Source of the DNA: Auanema rhodensis
Lineage: Eukaryota; Animalia; Nematoda
DNA: 64,000 nt
NCBI GenBank assembly: GCA_964057225.1
Contig: OZ059895.1
Coordinates: 9,858,001 to 9,922,000 of the forward strand
Direction of reading: 5' to 3'
A program made the translations under genes and the position numbers. The notes beneath the pieces are model-generated. The model ran no database searches and had not been told where the DNA came from. It saw only the letters and a program-made list of their open reading frames with translations. Shown piece after piece: positions 11,401-26,100 of the stretch (positions are counted from its first letter, which is position 1; each line of letters starts with the position of its first letter).

Positions 11401-13699
11401 CTCATAAAATTTGATATCATCGAGGGATCCAGATGGAAGGTGGAAAATTACATAACTAACATGAAATTGGAAAAATAACTATAACGGGGATAAGTATGTT
11501 AACGATTGAATATCAGATATTTTCGCTTACGACCATACCACGTTGAAATTACGCCATACAGCTGATTTTCAATTTTATCTCTTCCGTAACATATGTTTTC
11601 AATTTTCAAGCAGTTTTACTTAAATAGCTCAACCGAAAGAGAGCAAATTATCTTCAATCTTATTTCTATATTACAGTTATAAACCAGTAGTTGTTGAACC
11701 TTCATCTTAACTTTACTGTTTCTATCTATTTCCTATCAAAACAAACATTGTTTAAACACTATACAACTGTGAAACCTTTTTTAATTTATTGTATTTGGAG
11801 CTCATAATATTTGATATCATCGAGGGATCCAGATGGAAGGTGGAAAATTACATAACTAACATGAAATTGGAAAAAAAAGTATAACAAGGAGAAGTATGTT
11901 AACGATTGAATATCAGGTATTTTCGCTTACGACCATACCACGATGAAAGTACGCCATACAGCTGATTTTCAATTTTATCTCTTCCGTAACATATGTTTTC
12001 AATTTTCAAGCAGTTTCACTTAAATAGCTCAACCAAAGGAGAGCAAATTATCTTCAATCTTATTTCTATATAACAGTTATAAACCAGTAGTTGTTGAACC
12101 TTCATCTTAACTTTACTGTTTCTATCTCTTTCCTATCAAAACATCATTGTTTAAACACTATACAACTGTGAAACCTTTTTTAATTTATTGTGTTTGGAGC
12201 TCATAAGATTTGATATCATTGAGGGATCCAGATGAAACGTGGAAAATTACATAACTAACATGAAATTGGAAAAAAAACTATAACGAGGATAAGTAGGTAA
12301 ACCATTGAATATCAGATATTTTCGCTTACGACCATACCACGTTACAAGTACGCCATACAGCTGATTTTCAATTTTATCTCTTCCGTAACAAATGTTTTCA
12401 ATTTTCAAGCACTTTTACTTAGATAGCTCAACCAAAGGAAAGCAAATTATCTTCAATTTTATTTCTATATTACAGTTATAAACCAGTAGATAATGAACCT
12501 TCATCTTGACTTTACTGTTTCTATCCATTTCCTATCGAAACAAACATTGTTTAAACACTATACAACTGTGAAACCTTTTTTAATTTATTGTATTTGGAGC
12601 TCATAAAATTTGATATCATCGAGGGATCCAGATGGAAGGTGGAAAATTACATAACTAACGTGAAATTGGAAAAATAACTATAACGGGGATAAGTATGTTA
12701 ACGATTGAATATCAGATATTTCCGCTTACGACCATACCACGTTGAAATTACGCCATACAGCTGATTTTCAATTTTATCTCTTCCGTAACATATGTTTTCA
12801 ATTTTCAAGCAGTTTTACTTAAATAGCTCAACCGAAAGAGAGCAAATTATCTTCAATCTTATTTCTATATTACAGTTATAAACCAGTAGTTGTTGAACCT
12901 TCATCTTAACTTTACTGTTTCTATCTATTTCCTATCAAAACAAACATTGTTTAAACACTATGCAACTATGAAACCTTTTTTAATTTATTGTATTTGGAGC
13001 TCATAAAATTTGATATCATTCAGGGATCCAGATGAAACGTGGAAAATAACATAACTAACATGAAATTGGAAAAAAAAGTATAACGAGGATAAGTAGGTAA
13101 ACCATTGAATATCAGATATTTTCGCTTACGACCATACCACGTTGAAAGTACGCCATACAGCTGATTTTCAATTTTATCTCTTCGGTAACATATGTTTTCA
13201 ATTTTCAAGCAGTTTTACTTAAATAGCTCAACCAAAGGAGAGCAAATTATCTTCAATCTTATTTCTATATTACAGTTATAAACCAGTAGTTGTTGAACCT
13301 TCATCTTAACTTTACTGTTTCTATCTCTTTCCTATCAAAACATCATTGTTTAAACACTATACAACTGTGAAACCTTTTTTAATTTATTGTGTTTGGAGCT
13401 CATAAGATTTGATATCATTGAGGGATCCAGATGAAACGTGGAAAATTACATAACTAACATGAAATTGGAAAAAAAACTATAACGAGGATAAGTAGGTAAA
13501 CCATTGAATATCAGATATTTTCGCTTACGACCATACCACGTTACAAGTACGCCATACAGCTGATTTTCAATTTTATCTCTTCCGTAACAAATGTTTTCAA
13601 TTTTCAAGCACTTTTACTTAGATAGCTCAACCAAAGGAAAGCAAATTATCTTCAATTTTATTTCTATATTACAGTTATAAACCAGTAGTTGTTGAACCT

Positions 13700-16600
13700 T
13701 CATCTTAACTTTACTGTTTCTATCTCTTTCCTATCAAAACATCATTGTTTAAACACTATACAACTGTGAAACCTTTTTTAATTTATTGTGTTTGGAGCTC
13801 ATAAGATTTGATATCATTGAGGGATCCAGATGAAACGTGGAAAATTACATAACTAACATGAAATTGGAAAAAAAACTATAACGAGGATAAGTAGGTAAAC
13901 CATTGAATATCAGATATTTTCGCTTACGACCATACCACGTTACAAGTACGCCATACAGCTGATTTTCAATTTTATCTCTTCCGTAACAAATGTTTTCAAT
14001 TTTCAAGCACTTTTACTTAGATAGCTCAACCAAAGGAAAGCAAATTATCTTCAATTTTATTTCTATATTACAGTTATAAACCAGTAGATAATGAACCTTC
14101 ATCTTGACTTTACTGTTTCTATCCATTTCCTATCGAAACAAACATTGTTTAAACACTATACAACTGTGAAACCTTTTTTAATTTATTGTATTTGGAGCTC
14201 ATAATATTTGATATCATCGAGGGATCCAGATGGAAGGTGGAAAATTACATAACTAACATGAAATTGGAAAAATAACTATAACGGGGATAAGTATGTTAAC
14301 GATTGAATATCAGATATTTTCGCTTACGACCATACCACGTTGAAATTACGCCATACAGCTGATTTTCAATTTTATCTCTTCCGTAACATATGTTTTCAAT
14401 TTTCAAGCAGTTTTACTTAAATAGCTCAACCAAAGGAGAGCAAATTATCTTCAATCTTATTTCTATATTACAGTTATAAACCAGTAGTTGTTGAACCTTC
14501 ATCTTAACTTTACTGTTTCTATCTATTTCCTATCAAAACAAACATTGTTTAAACACTATACAACTGTGAAACCTTTTTTAATTTATTGTATTTGGAGCTC
14601 ATAATATTTGATATCATCGAGGGATCCAGATGGAAGGTGGAAAATTACATAACTAACATGAAATTGGAAAAAAAAGTATAACAAGGAGAAGTATGTTAAC
14701 GATTGAATATCAGATATTTTCGCTTACGACCATACCACGATGAAAGTACGCCATACAGCTGATTTTCAATTTTATCTCTTCCGTAACATATGTTTTCAAT
14801 TTTCAAGCACTTTTACTCAGATAGCTCAACCAAAGGAAAGCAAATTATCTTCAATTTTATTTCTATATTACAGTTATAAACCAAAAGATAATGAACCTTC
14901 ATCTTGACTTTACTGTTTCTATCCATTTCCTATCGAAACAAACATTGTTTAAACACTATGCAACTATGAAACCTTTTTTAATTTTTTGTATTTGGAGCTC
15001 ATAAAATTTGATATCATTGAGGGATCCAGATGAAACGTGGAAAATTACATAACTAACATGAAATTGGAAAAAAAACTATAACGAGGATAAGTATGTTAAC
15101 GATTGAATATCAGATATTTTCGCTTACGACCATACCACGTTGAAATTACGCCATACAGCTGATTTTCAATTTTATCTCTTCCGTAACATATGTTTTCAAT
15201 TTTCAAGCAGTTTTACTTAAATAGCTCAACCGAAAGAGAGCAAATTATCTTCAATCTTATTTCTATATTACAGTTATAAACCAGTAGTTGTTGAACCTTT
15301 ATCTTAACTTTACTGTTTCTATCTATTTCCTATCAAAACAAACATTGTTTAAACACTATACAACTGTGAAACCTTTTTTAATTTATTGTATTTGGAGCTC
15401 ATAATATTTGATATCATCGAGGGATCCAGATGGAAGGTGGAAAATTACATAACTAACATGAAATTGGAAAAAAAACTATAACGAGGATAAGTATGTTAAC
15501 GATTGAATATCAGATATTTTCGCTTACGACCATACCACGTTGAAATTACGCCATACAGCTGATTTTCAATTTTATCTCTTCCGTAACATATGTTTTCAAT
15601 TTTCAAGCAGTTTCACTTAAATAGCTCAACCAAAGGAGAGCAAATTATCTTCAATCTTATTTCTATATAACAGTTATAAACCAGTAGTTGTTGAACCTTC
15701 ATCTTAACTTTACTGTTTCTATCTCTTTCCTATCAAAACATCATTGTTTAAACACTATACAACTGTGAAACCTTTTTTAATTTATTGTGTTTGGAGCTCA
15801 TAAGATTTGATATCATTGAGGGATCCAGATGAAACGTGGAAAATTACATAACTAACATGAAATTGGAAAAAAAACTATAACGAGGATAAGTAGGTAAACC
15901 ATTGAATATCAGATATTTTCGCTTACGACCATACCACGTTACAAGTACGCCATACAGCTGATTTTCAATTTTATCTCTTCCGTAACAAATGTTTTCAATT
16001 TTCAAGCACTTTTACTTAGATAGCTCAACCAAAGGAAAGCAAATTATCTTCAATTTTATTTCTATATTACAGTTATAAACCAGTAGATAATGAACCTTCA
16101 TCTTGACTTTACTGTTTCTATCCATTTCCTATCGAAACAAACATTGTTTAAACACTATACAACTGTGAAACCTTTTTTAATTTATTGTATTTGGAGCTCA
16201 TAATATTTGATATCATCGAGGGATCCAGATGGAAGGTGGAAAATTACATAACTAACATGAAATTGGAAAAATAACTATAACGGGGATAAGTATGTTAACG
16301 ATTGAATATCAGATATTTTCGCTTACGACCATACCACGTTGAAATTACGCCATACAGCTGATTTTCAATTTTATCTCTTCCGTAACATATGTTTTCAATT
16401 TTCAAGCAGTTTTACTTAAATAGCTCAACCAAAGGAGAGCAAATTATCTTCAATCTTATTTCTATATTACAGTTATAAACCAGTAGTTGTTGAACCTTCA
16501 TCTTAACTTTACTGTTTCTATCTATTTCCTATCAAAACAAACATTGTTTAAACACTATACAACTGTGAAACCTTTTTTAATTTATTGTATTTGGAGCTCA

Positions 16601-17230
16601 TAATATTTGATATCATCGAGGGATCCAGATGGAAGGTGGAAAATTACATAACTAACATGAAATTGGAAAAAAAAGTATAACAAGGAGAAGTATGTTAACG
16701 ATTGAATATCAGATATTTTCGCTTACGACCATACCACGATGAAAGTACGCCATACAGCTGATTTTCAATTTTATCTCTTCCGTAACATATGTTTTCAATT
16801 TTCAAGCACTTTTACTCAGATAGCTCAACCAAAGGAAAGCAAATTATCTTCAATTTTATTTCTATATTACAGTTATAAACCAAAAGATAATGAACCTTCA
16901 TCTTGACTTTACTGTTTCTATCCATTTCCTATCGAAACAAACATTGTTTAAACACTATGCAACTATGAAACCTTTTTTAATTTTTTGTATTTGGAGCTCA
17001 TAAAATTTGATATCATTGAGGGATCCAGATGAAACGTGGAAAATTACATAACTAACATGAAATTGGAAAAAAAACTATAACGAGGATAAGTATGTTAACG
17101 ATTGAATATCAGATATTTTCGCTTACGACCATACCACGTTGAAATTACGCCATACAGCTGATTTTCAATTTTATCTCTTCCGTAACATATGTTTTCAATT
17201 TTCAAGCAGTTTTACTTAAATAGCTCAACC
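13700..17230. repeat. Higher-order repeat, 5-mer period (1999 bp), about 1.75 units
   Basis: ATCTCTTTCCTATCAAAACATCATT occurs at 13722 and 15721, and the TTTTTTGTA variant at ~14982 and 16981. The monomer order in between is the same. Confidence 0.7.
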
Positions 17231-20200
17231 AAAGGAGAGCAAATTATCTTCAATCTTATTTCTATATTACAGTTATAAACCAGTAGTTGTTGAACCTTCA
17301 TCTTAACTTTACTGTTTCTATCTATTTCCTATCAAAACAAACATTGTTTAAACACTATACAACTGTGAAACCTTTTTTAATTTATTGTATTTGGAGCTCA
17401 TAATATTTGATATCATCGAGGGATCCAGATGGCAGGTGGAAAATTACATAACTAACATGAAATTGGAAAAAAAAGTATAACAAGGAGAAGTATGTTAACG
17501 ATTGAATATCAGATATTTTTGCTTACGACCATACCACGATGAAAGTACGCCATACAGCTGATTTTCAATTTTATCTCTTCCGTAACATATGTTTTCAATT
17601 TTCAAGCACTTTTACTCAGATAGCTCAACCAAAGGAAAGCAAATTATCTTCAATTTTATTTCTATAATACAGTTATAAACCAAAAGATAATGAACCTTCA
17701 TCTTGACTTTACTGTTTCTATCCATTTTCTATCGAAACAAACATTGTTCAAACACTATGCAACTATGAAACCTTTTTTACTTTATTGTATTTGGAGCTCA
17801 TAAAATTTGATATCATTGAGGGATCCAGATGAAACGTGGAAAATAACATAACTAACATGAAATTGGAAAAAAAAGTATAACGAGGATAAGTAGGTAAACC
17901 ATTGAATATCAGATATTTTCGCTCACGACCATACCACGTTGAAAGTACGCCATACAGCTGATTTTCAATTTTATCTCTTCCGTAACATATGTTTTCAATT
18001 TTCAAGCAGTTTTACTTAAATAGCTCAACCAAAGGAGAACAAATTATCTTCAATCTTATTTCTATATTACAGTTATAAACCAGTAGTTGTTGAACCTTCA
18101 TCTTAACTTTACTGTTTCTATCTATTTCCTATCAAAACAAACATCGTTTAAACACTATACAACTGTGAAACCTTTTTTAATTTATTGTATTTGGAGCTCA
18201 TAATATTTGATATCATCGAGGGATCCAGATGGAAGGTGGAAAATTACATAACTAACATGAAATTGGAAAAAAAAGTATAACAAGGAGAAGTATGTTAACG
18301 ATTGAATATCAGATATTTTCGCTTACGACCATACCACGATGAAAGTACGCCATACAGCTGATTTTCAATTTTATCTCTTCCGTAACATATGTTTTCAATT
18401 TTCAAGCAGTTTCACTTAAATAGCTCAACCAAAGGAGAACAAATTATCTTCAATCTTATTTCTATATTACAGTTATAAACCAAAAGATAATGAACCTTCA
18501 TCTTGACTTTACTGTTTCTATCCATTTCCTATCGAAACAAACATTGTTTAAACACTATGCAACTATGAAACCTTTTTTAATTTTTTGTATTTGGAGCTCA
18601 TAAAATTTGATATCATCGAGGGATCCAGATGGAAGGTGGAAAATTACATAACTAACATGAAATTGGAAAAAAAACTATAACGGGGATAAGTATGTTAACG
18701 ATTGAATATCAGATATTTTCGCTTACGACTATATCACGTTGAAAGTATGCCATACAGCTGATTTTCAATTTTATCTCTTCCGTAACATATGTTTTCAATT
18801 TTCAAGCAGTTTCACTTAAATAGCTCAACCAAAGGAGAGCAAATTATCTTCAATCTTATTTCTATATAACAGTTATAAACCAGTAGTTGTTGAACCTTCA
18901 TCTTAACTTTACTGTTTCTATCTCTTTCCTATCAAAACATCATTGTTTAAACACTATACAACTGTGAAACCTTTTTTAATTTATTGTGTTTGGAGCTCAT
19001 AAGATTTGATATCATTGAGGGATCCAGATGAAACGTGGAAAATTACATAACTAACATGAAATTGGAAAAAAAACTATAACGAAAATAAGTAGGTAAACCA
19101 TTGAATATCAGATATTTTCGCTTACGACCATACCACGTTACAAGTACGCCATACAGCTGATTTTCAATTTTATCTCTTCCGTAACAAATGTTTTCAATTT
19201 TCAAGCACTTTTACTTAGATAGCTCAACCAAAGGAAAGCAAATTATCTTCAATTTTATTTCTATATTACAGTTATAAACCAGTAGATAATGAACCTTCAT
19301 CTTGACTTTACTGTTTCTATCCATTTCCTATCGAAACAAACATTGTTTAAACACTATACAACTGTGAAACCTTTTTTAATTTATTGTATTTGGAGCTCAT
19401 AATATTTGATATCATCGAGGGATCCAGATGGAAGGTGGAAAATTACATAACTAACATGAAATTGGAAAAATAACTATAACGGGGATAAGTATGTTAACGA
19501 TTGAATATCAGATATTTTCGCTTACGACCATACCACGTTGAAATTACGCCATACAGCTGATTTTCAATTTTATCTCTTCCGTAACATATGTTTTCAATTT
19601 TCAAGCAGTTTTACTTAAATAGCTCAACCAAAGGAGAGCAAATTATCTTCAATCTTATTTCTATATTACAGTTATAAACCAGTAGTTGTTGAACCTTCAT
19701 CTTAACTTTACTGTTTCTATCTATTTCCTATCAAAACAAACATTGTTTAAACACTATACAACTGTAAAACCTTTTTTAATTTATTGTATTTGAAGCTCAT
19801 AAGATTTGATATCATCGAGGGATCCAGATGGAAGGTGGAAAATTACATAACTAACATGAAATTGGAAAAAAAACCATAACGAGGATAAGTAGGTAAACCA
19901 TTGAATATCAGATATTTTCGCTTACGACCATACCACGATGAAAGTACGCCATACAGCTGATTTTCAATTTTATCTCTTCCGTAACATATGTTTTCAATTT
20001 TCAAGCACTTTTACTCAGATAGCTCAACCAAAGGAAAGCAAATTATCTTCAATTTTATTTCTATATTACAGTTATAAACCAAAAGATAATGAACCTTCAT
20101 CTTGACTTTACTGTTTCTATCCATTTCCTATCGAAACAAACATTGTTTAAACACTATGCAACTATGAAACCTTTTTTAATTTATTGTATTTGGAGCTCAT

Positions 20201-20561
20201 AAGAATTGATATCATTGAGGGATCCAGATGAAACGTGGAAAATTACATAACTAACATGAAATTGGAAAAAAAACTATAACGGGGATAAGTATGTTAACGA
20301 TTGAATATCAGATATTTTCGCTTATCGCTATATCACGTTGAAAGTATGCCATACAGCTGATTTTCAATTTTATCTCTTCCGTAACATATGTTTTCAATTT
20401 TCAAGCAGTTTCACTTAAATAGCTCAACCAAAGGAGAGCAAATTATCTTCAATCTTATTTCTATATTACAGTTATAAACCAGTAGTTGTTGAACCTTCAT
20501 CTTAACTTTACTGTTTCTATCTATTTCCTATCGAAACAAACATTGTTCAAACACTATGCAA

Positions 20562-23154
20562 CTATGAAACCTTTGTTAATTTATTGTATTTGGAGCTCAT
20601 AAAATTTGATATCATTGAGGGATCCAGATGAAACGTGGAAAATAACATAACTAACATGGAATTGGAAAAAAAAGTATAACGAGGATAAGTAGGTAAACCA
20701 TTGAATATCAGATATTTTCGCTCACGACCATACCACGTTGAAAGTACGCCATACAGCTGATTTTCAATTTTATCTCTTCCGTAACATATGTTTTCAATTT
20801 TCAAGCAGTTTTACTTAAATAGCTCAACCAAAGGAGAGCAAATTATCTTCAATCTTATTTCTATATTACAGTTATAAACCAGTAGTTGTTGAACCTTATT
20901 TCCTATCAAAACAAACATTGTTTAAACACTATACAACTGTGAAACCTTTTTTAATTTATTGTATTTGGAGCTCATAATATTTGATATCATCGAGGGATCC
21001 AGATGGCAGGTGGAAAATTACATAACTAACATGAAATTGGAAAAAAAAGTATAACAAGGAGAAGTATGTTAACGATTGAATATCAGATATTTTCGCTTAC
21101 GACCATACCACGATGAAAGTACGCCATACAGCTGATTTTCAATTTTATCTCTTCCGTAACATATGTTTTCAGTTTTCAAGCAGTTTTACTTAAATAGCTC
21201 AACCAAAGGAGAGCAAATTATCTTCAATCTTATTTCTATATTACAGTTATAAACCAGTAGTTGTTGAACCTTCATCTTAACTTTACTGTTTCTATCTATT
21301 TCCTATCAAAACAAACATTGTTTAAACACTATACAACTGTGAAACCTTTTTTAATTTATTGTATTTGGAGCTCATAATATTTGATATCATCGAGGGATCC
21401 AGATGGAAGGTGGAAAATTACATAACTAACATGAAATTGGAAAAAAAAGTATAACAAGGAGAAGTATGTTAACGATTGAATATCAGATATTTTCGCTTAC
21501 GACCATACCACGATGAAAGTACGCCATACAGCTGATTTTCAATTTTATCTCTTCCGTAACATATGTTTTCAGTTTTCAAGCAGTTTTACTTAAATAGCTC
21601 AACCAAAGGAGAGCAAATTATCTTCAATCTTATTTCTATATTACAGTTATAAACCAGTAGTTGTTGAACCTTCATCTTAACTTTACTGTTTCTATCTATT
21701 TCCTATCGAAACAAACATTGTTCAAACACTATGCAACTATGAAACCTTTTTTAATTTATTGTATTTGGAGCTCATAAAATTTGATATCATTGAGGGATCC
21801 AGATGAAACGTGGAAAATAACATAACTAACATGGAATTGGAAAAAAAAGTATAACGAGGATAAGTAGGTAAACCATTGAATATCAGATATTTTCGCTCAC
21901 GACCATACCACGTTGAAAGTACGCCATACAGCTGATTTTCAATTTTATCTCTTCCGTAACATATGTTTTCAATTTTCAAGCAGTTTTACTTAAATAGCTC
22001 AACCAAAGGAGAGCAAATTATCTTCAATCTTATTTCTATATTACAGTTATAAACCAGTAGTTGTTGAACCTTATTTCCTATCAAAACAAACATTGTTTAA
22101 ACACTATACAACTGTGAAACCTTTTTTAATTTATTGTATTTGGAGCTCATAATATTTGATATCATCGAGGGATCCAGATGGCAGGTGGAAAATTACATAA
22201 CTAACATGAAATTGGAAAAAAAAGTATAACAAGGAGAAGTATGTTAACGATTGAATATCAGATATTTTCGCTTACGACCATACCACGATGAAAGTACGCC
22301 ATACAGCTGATTTTCAATTTTATCTCTTCCGTAACATATGTTTTCAGTTTTCAAGCAGTTTTACTTAAATAGCTCAACCAAAGGAGAGCAAATTATCTTC
22401 AATCTTATTTCTATATTACAGTTATAAACCAGTAGTTGTTGAACCTTCATCTTAACTTTACTGTTTCTATCTATTTCCTATCAAAACAAACATTGTTTAA
22501 ACACTATACAACTGTAAAACCTTTTTTAATTTATTGTATTTGGAGCTCATAATATTTGATATCATCGAGGGATCCAGATGGAAGGTGGAAAATTACATAA
22601 CTAACATGAAATTGGAAAAAAAAGTATAACAAGGAGAAGTATGTTAACGATTGAATATCAGATATTTTCGCTTACGACCATACCACGATGAAAGTACGCC
22701 ATACAGCTGATTTTCAATTTTATCTCTTCCGTAACATATGTTTTCAATTTTCAAGCAGTTTCACTTAAATAGCTCAACCAAAGGAGAGTAAATTATCTTC
22801 AATCTTATTTCTATATTACAGTTATGAACCAGTAGTTGTTGAACCTTCATCTTAACTTTACTGTTTCTATCTATTTCCTATCGAAACAAACATTGTTCAA
22901 ACACTATGCAACTATGAAACCTTTTTTAATTTATTGTATTTGGAGCTCATAAAATTTGATATCATTGAGGGATCCAGATGAAACGTGGAAAATAACATAA
23001 CTAACATGGAATTGGAAAAAAAAGTATAACGAGGATAAGTAGGTAAACCATTGAATATCAGATATTTTCGCTCACGACCATACCACGTTGAAAGTACGCC
23101 ATACAGCTGATTTTCAATTTTATCTCTTCCGTAACATATGTTTTCAATTTTCAA
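20562..23154. repeat. 3-mer higher-order repeat of 1175 bp (400+375+400); the same cassette recurs at 28088-30680, 47215-49807, 59543-62135 and partially at 33238-34655
   Basis: ORF-type monomers are spaced exactly 1175 bp (20562/21737/22912 and so on). Each interval contains one monomer with the junction GAACCTTATTTCC (25-bp deletion). Confidence 0.92.
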
Positions 23155-26100
23155 GCAGTTTTACTTAAATAGCTCAACCAAAGGAGAGCAAACTATCTTC
23201 AATCTTATTTCTATATTACAGTTATAAACCAGTAGTTGTTAAACCTTCATCTTAACTTCACTGTTTCTATCTATTTCCTATCAAAACAAACATTGTTTAA
23301 ACACTATGCAACTATGAAACCTTTTTTAATTTATTGTATTTGGAGCTCATTAGAGTTGATATCATCGAGGGATCCAGATGGAAGGTGGAAAATTACATAA
23401 CTAACATGAAATTGGAAAAAAAACTATAACGGGGATAAGTAGGTAAACCATTGAAAATCAGATATTTTCGCTTACGACCATACCACGTTGAAAGTACGCC
23501 ATACAGCTGATTTTCAATTTTATCTCTTCCGTAACATATGTTTTCAAATTTCAAGCAGTTTTACTTAAATAGCTCAACCAAAGGAGAGCAAATTATCTTC
23601 AATCTTATTTCTATATTACAGTTATAAACCAGTAGTTGTTGAACCTTCATCTTAACTTTACTGTTTCTATCTATTTCCTATCAAAACAAACATTGTTTAA
23701 ACACTATGCAACTATGAAACCTTTTTTAATTTATTGTATTTGGAGCTCATAAGAGTTGATATCATCGAGGGATCCAGATGGAAGGTGGAAAATTACATAA
23801 CTAACATGAAATTGGAAAAATAACTATAACGGGGATAAGTATGTTAACGATTGAATATCAGATATTTTCGCTTATCGCTATATCACGTTGAAAGTATGCC
23901 ATACAGCTAATTTTCAATTTTATCTCTTCCGTAACATATGTTTTCAATTTTCAAGCAGTTTTACTTAAATAGCTCAACCAAAGGAGAGCAAATTATCTTC
24001 AATCTTATTTCTATATTACAGTTATAAACCAGTAGTTGTTGAACCTTCATCTTAACTTTACTGTTTCTATCTATTTCCTATCAAAACAAACATTGTTTAA
24101 ACACTATACAACTATGAAACCTTTTTTAATTTATTGTATTTGGAGCTCATAAGAGTTGATATCATCGAGGGATCCAGATGGAAGGTGGAAAATTACATAA
24201 CTAACATGAAATTGGAAAAATAACTATAACGGGGATAAGTATGTTAACGATTGAATATCAGATATTTTCGCTTACGACCATACCACGTTGAAATTACGCC
24301 ATACAGCTGATTTTCAATTTTATCTCTTCCGTAACATATGTTTTCAATTTTCAAGCACTTTTACTCAGATAGCTCAACCAAAGGAAAGCAAATTATCTTC
24401 AATTTTATTTCTATATTACAGTTATAAACCAAAAGATAATGAACCTTCATCTTGACTTTAGTGTTTCTATCCATTTCCTATCGAAACAAACATTGTTTAA
24501 ACACTATGCAACTATGAAACATTTTTTAATTTATTATATTTGGAGCTCATAAGAATTGATATCATTGAGGGATCCAGATGAAACGTGGAAAATTACATAA
24601 CTAACATGAAATTGGAAAAAAAACTATAACGGGGATAAGTATGTTAACGATTGAATATCAGATATTTTCGCTTATCGCTATATCACGTTGAAAGTATGCC
24701 ATACAGCTGATTTTCAATTTTATCTCTTCCGTAACATATGTTTTCAATTTTCAAGCACTTTTACTCAGATAGCTCAACCAAAGGAAAGCAAATTATCTTC
24801 AATTTTATTTCTATATTACAGTTATAAACCAAAAGATAATGAACCTTCATCTTGACTTTAGTGTTTCTATCCATTTCCTATCGAAACAAACATTGTTTAA
24901 ACACTATGCAACTATGAAACATTTTTTAATTTATTGTATTTGGAGCTCATAAGAGTTGATATCATCGAGGGATCCAGATGGAAGGTGGAAAATTACATAA
25001 CTAACATGAAATTGGAAAAAAAAGTATAACGAGGATAAGTAGGTAAACCATTGAATATCAGATATTTTCGCTCACGACCATACCACGTTGAAAGTACGCC
25101 ATACAGCTGATTTTCAATTTTATCTCTTCCGTAACATATGTTTTCAATTTTCAAGCAGTTTCACTTAAATAGCTCAACCAAAGGAGAGCAAATTATCTTC
25201 AATCTTATTTCTATATTACAGTTATAAACCAGTAGTTGTTGAACCTTCATCTTAACTTTACTGTTTCTATCTATTTCCTATCGAAACAAACATTGTTCAA
25301 ACACTATGCAACTATGAAACCTTTTTTAATTTATTGTATTTGGAGCTCATAAAATTTGATATCATTGAGGGATCCAGATGAAACGTGGAAAATTACATAA
25401 CTAACATGAAATTGGAAAAAAAACTATAACGGGGATAAGTAGGTAAACCATTGAATATCAGATAATTTCGCTTACGACCATACCACGTTGAAAGTACGCC
25501 ATACAGCTGATTTTCAATTTTATCTCTTCCGTAACATATGTTTTCAATTTTCAAGCACTTTTACTCAGATAGCTCAACCAAAGGAAAGCAAATTATCTTT
25601 AATTTTATTTCTATATTACAGTTATAAACCAAAAGATAATGAACCTTCATCTTGACTTTACTGTTTCTATCCATTTCCTATCGAAACAAACATTGTTTAA
25701 ACACTATGCAACTATGAAACCTTTTTTAATTTATTGTATTTGGAGCTCATAAGATTTGATATCATTGAGGGATCCAGATGAAACGTGAAAAATTACATAA
25801 CTAACATGAAATTGGAAAAAAAACCATAACGAGGATAAGTAGGTAAACCATTGAATATCAGATATTTTCGCTCACGACCATACCACGTTGAAAGTACGCC
25901 ATACAGCTGATTTTCAATTTTATCTCTTCCGTAACATATGTTTTCAATTTTCAAGCACTTTTACTCAGATAGCTCAACCAAAGGAAAGCAAATTATCTTC
26001 AATTTTATTTCTATATTACAGTTATAAACCAAAAGATAATGAACCTTCATCTTGACTTTACTGTTTCTATCCATTTCCTATCGAAACAAACATTGTTTAA

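Larger units (their letters stand above)
1..12960. repeat. 23-monomer-offset duplication (9197 bp): ~1-3760 repeated at ~9198-12960
   Basis: Rare markers are shared at exactly +9197: TCAATTTTTAAGC (1/9198), CCTTAATCTTGAC (501/9698), the ORF pair 970,1370 / 10167,10567, TATCAGGTAT (G2720/G11917) and AACGTG (G3463/G12660). Short tracts inside the block differ. Confidence 0.85.
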
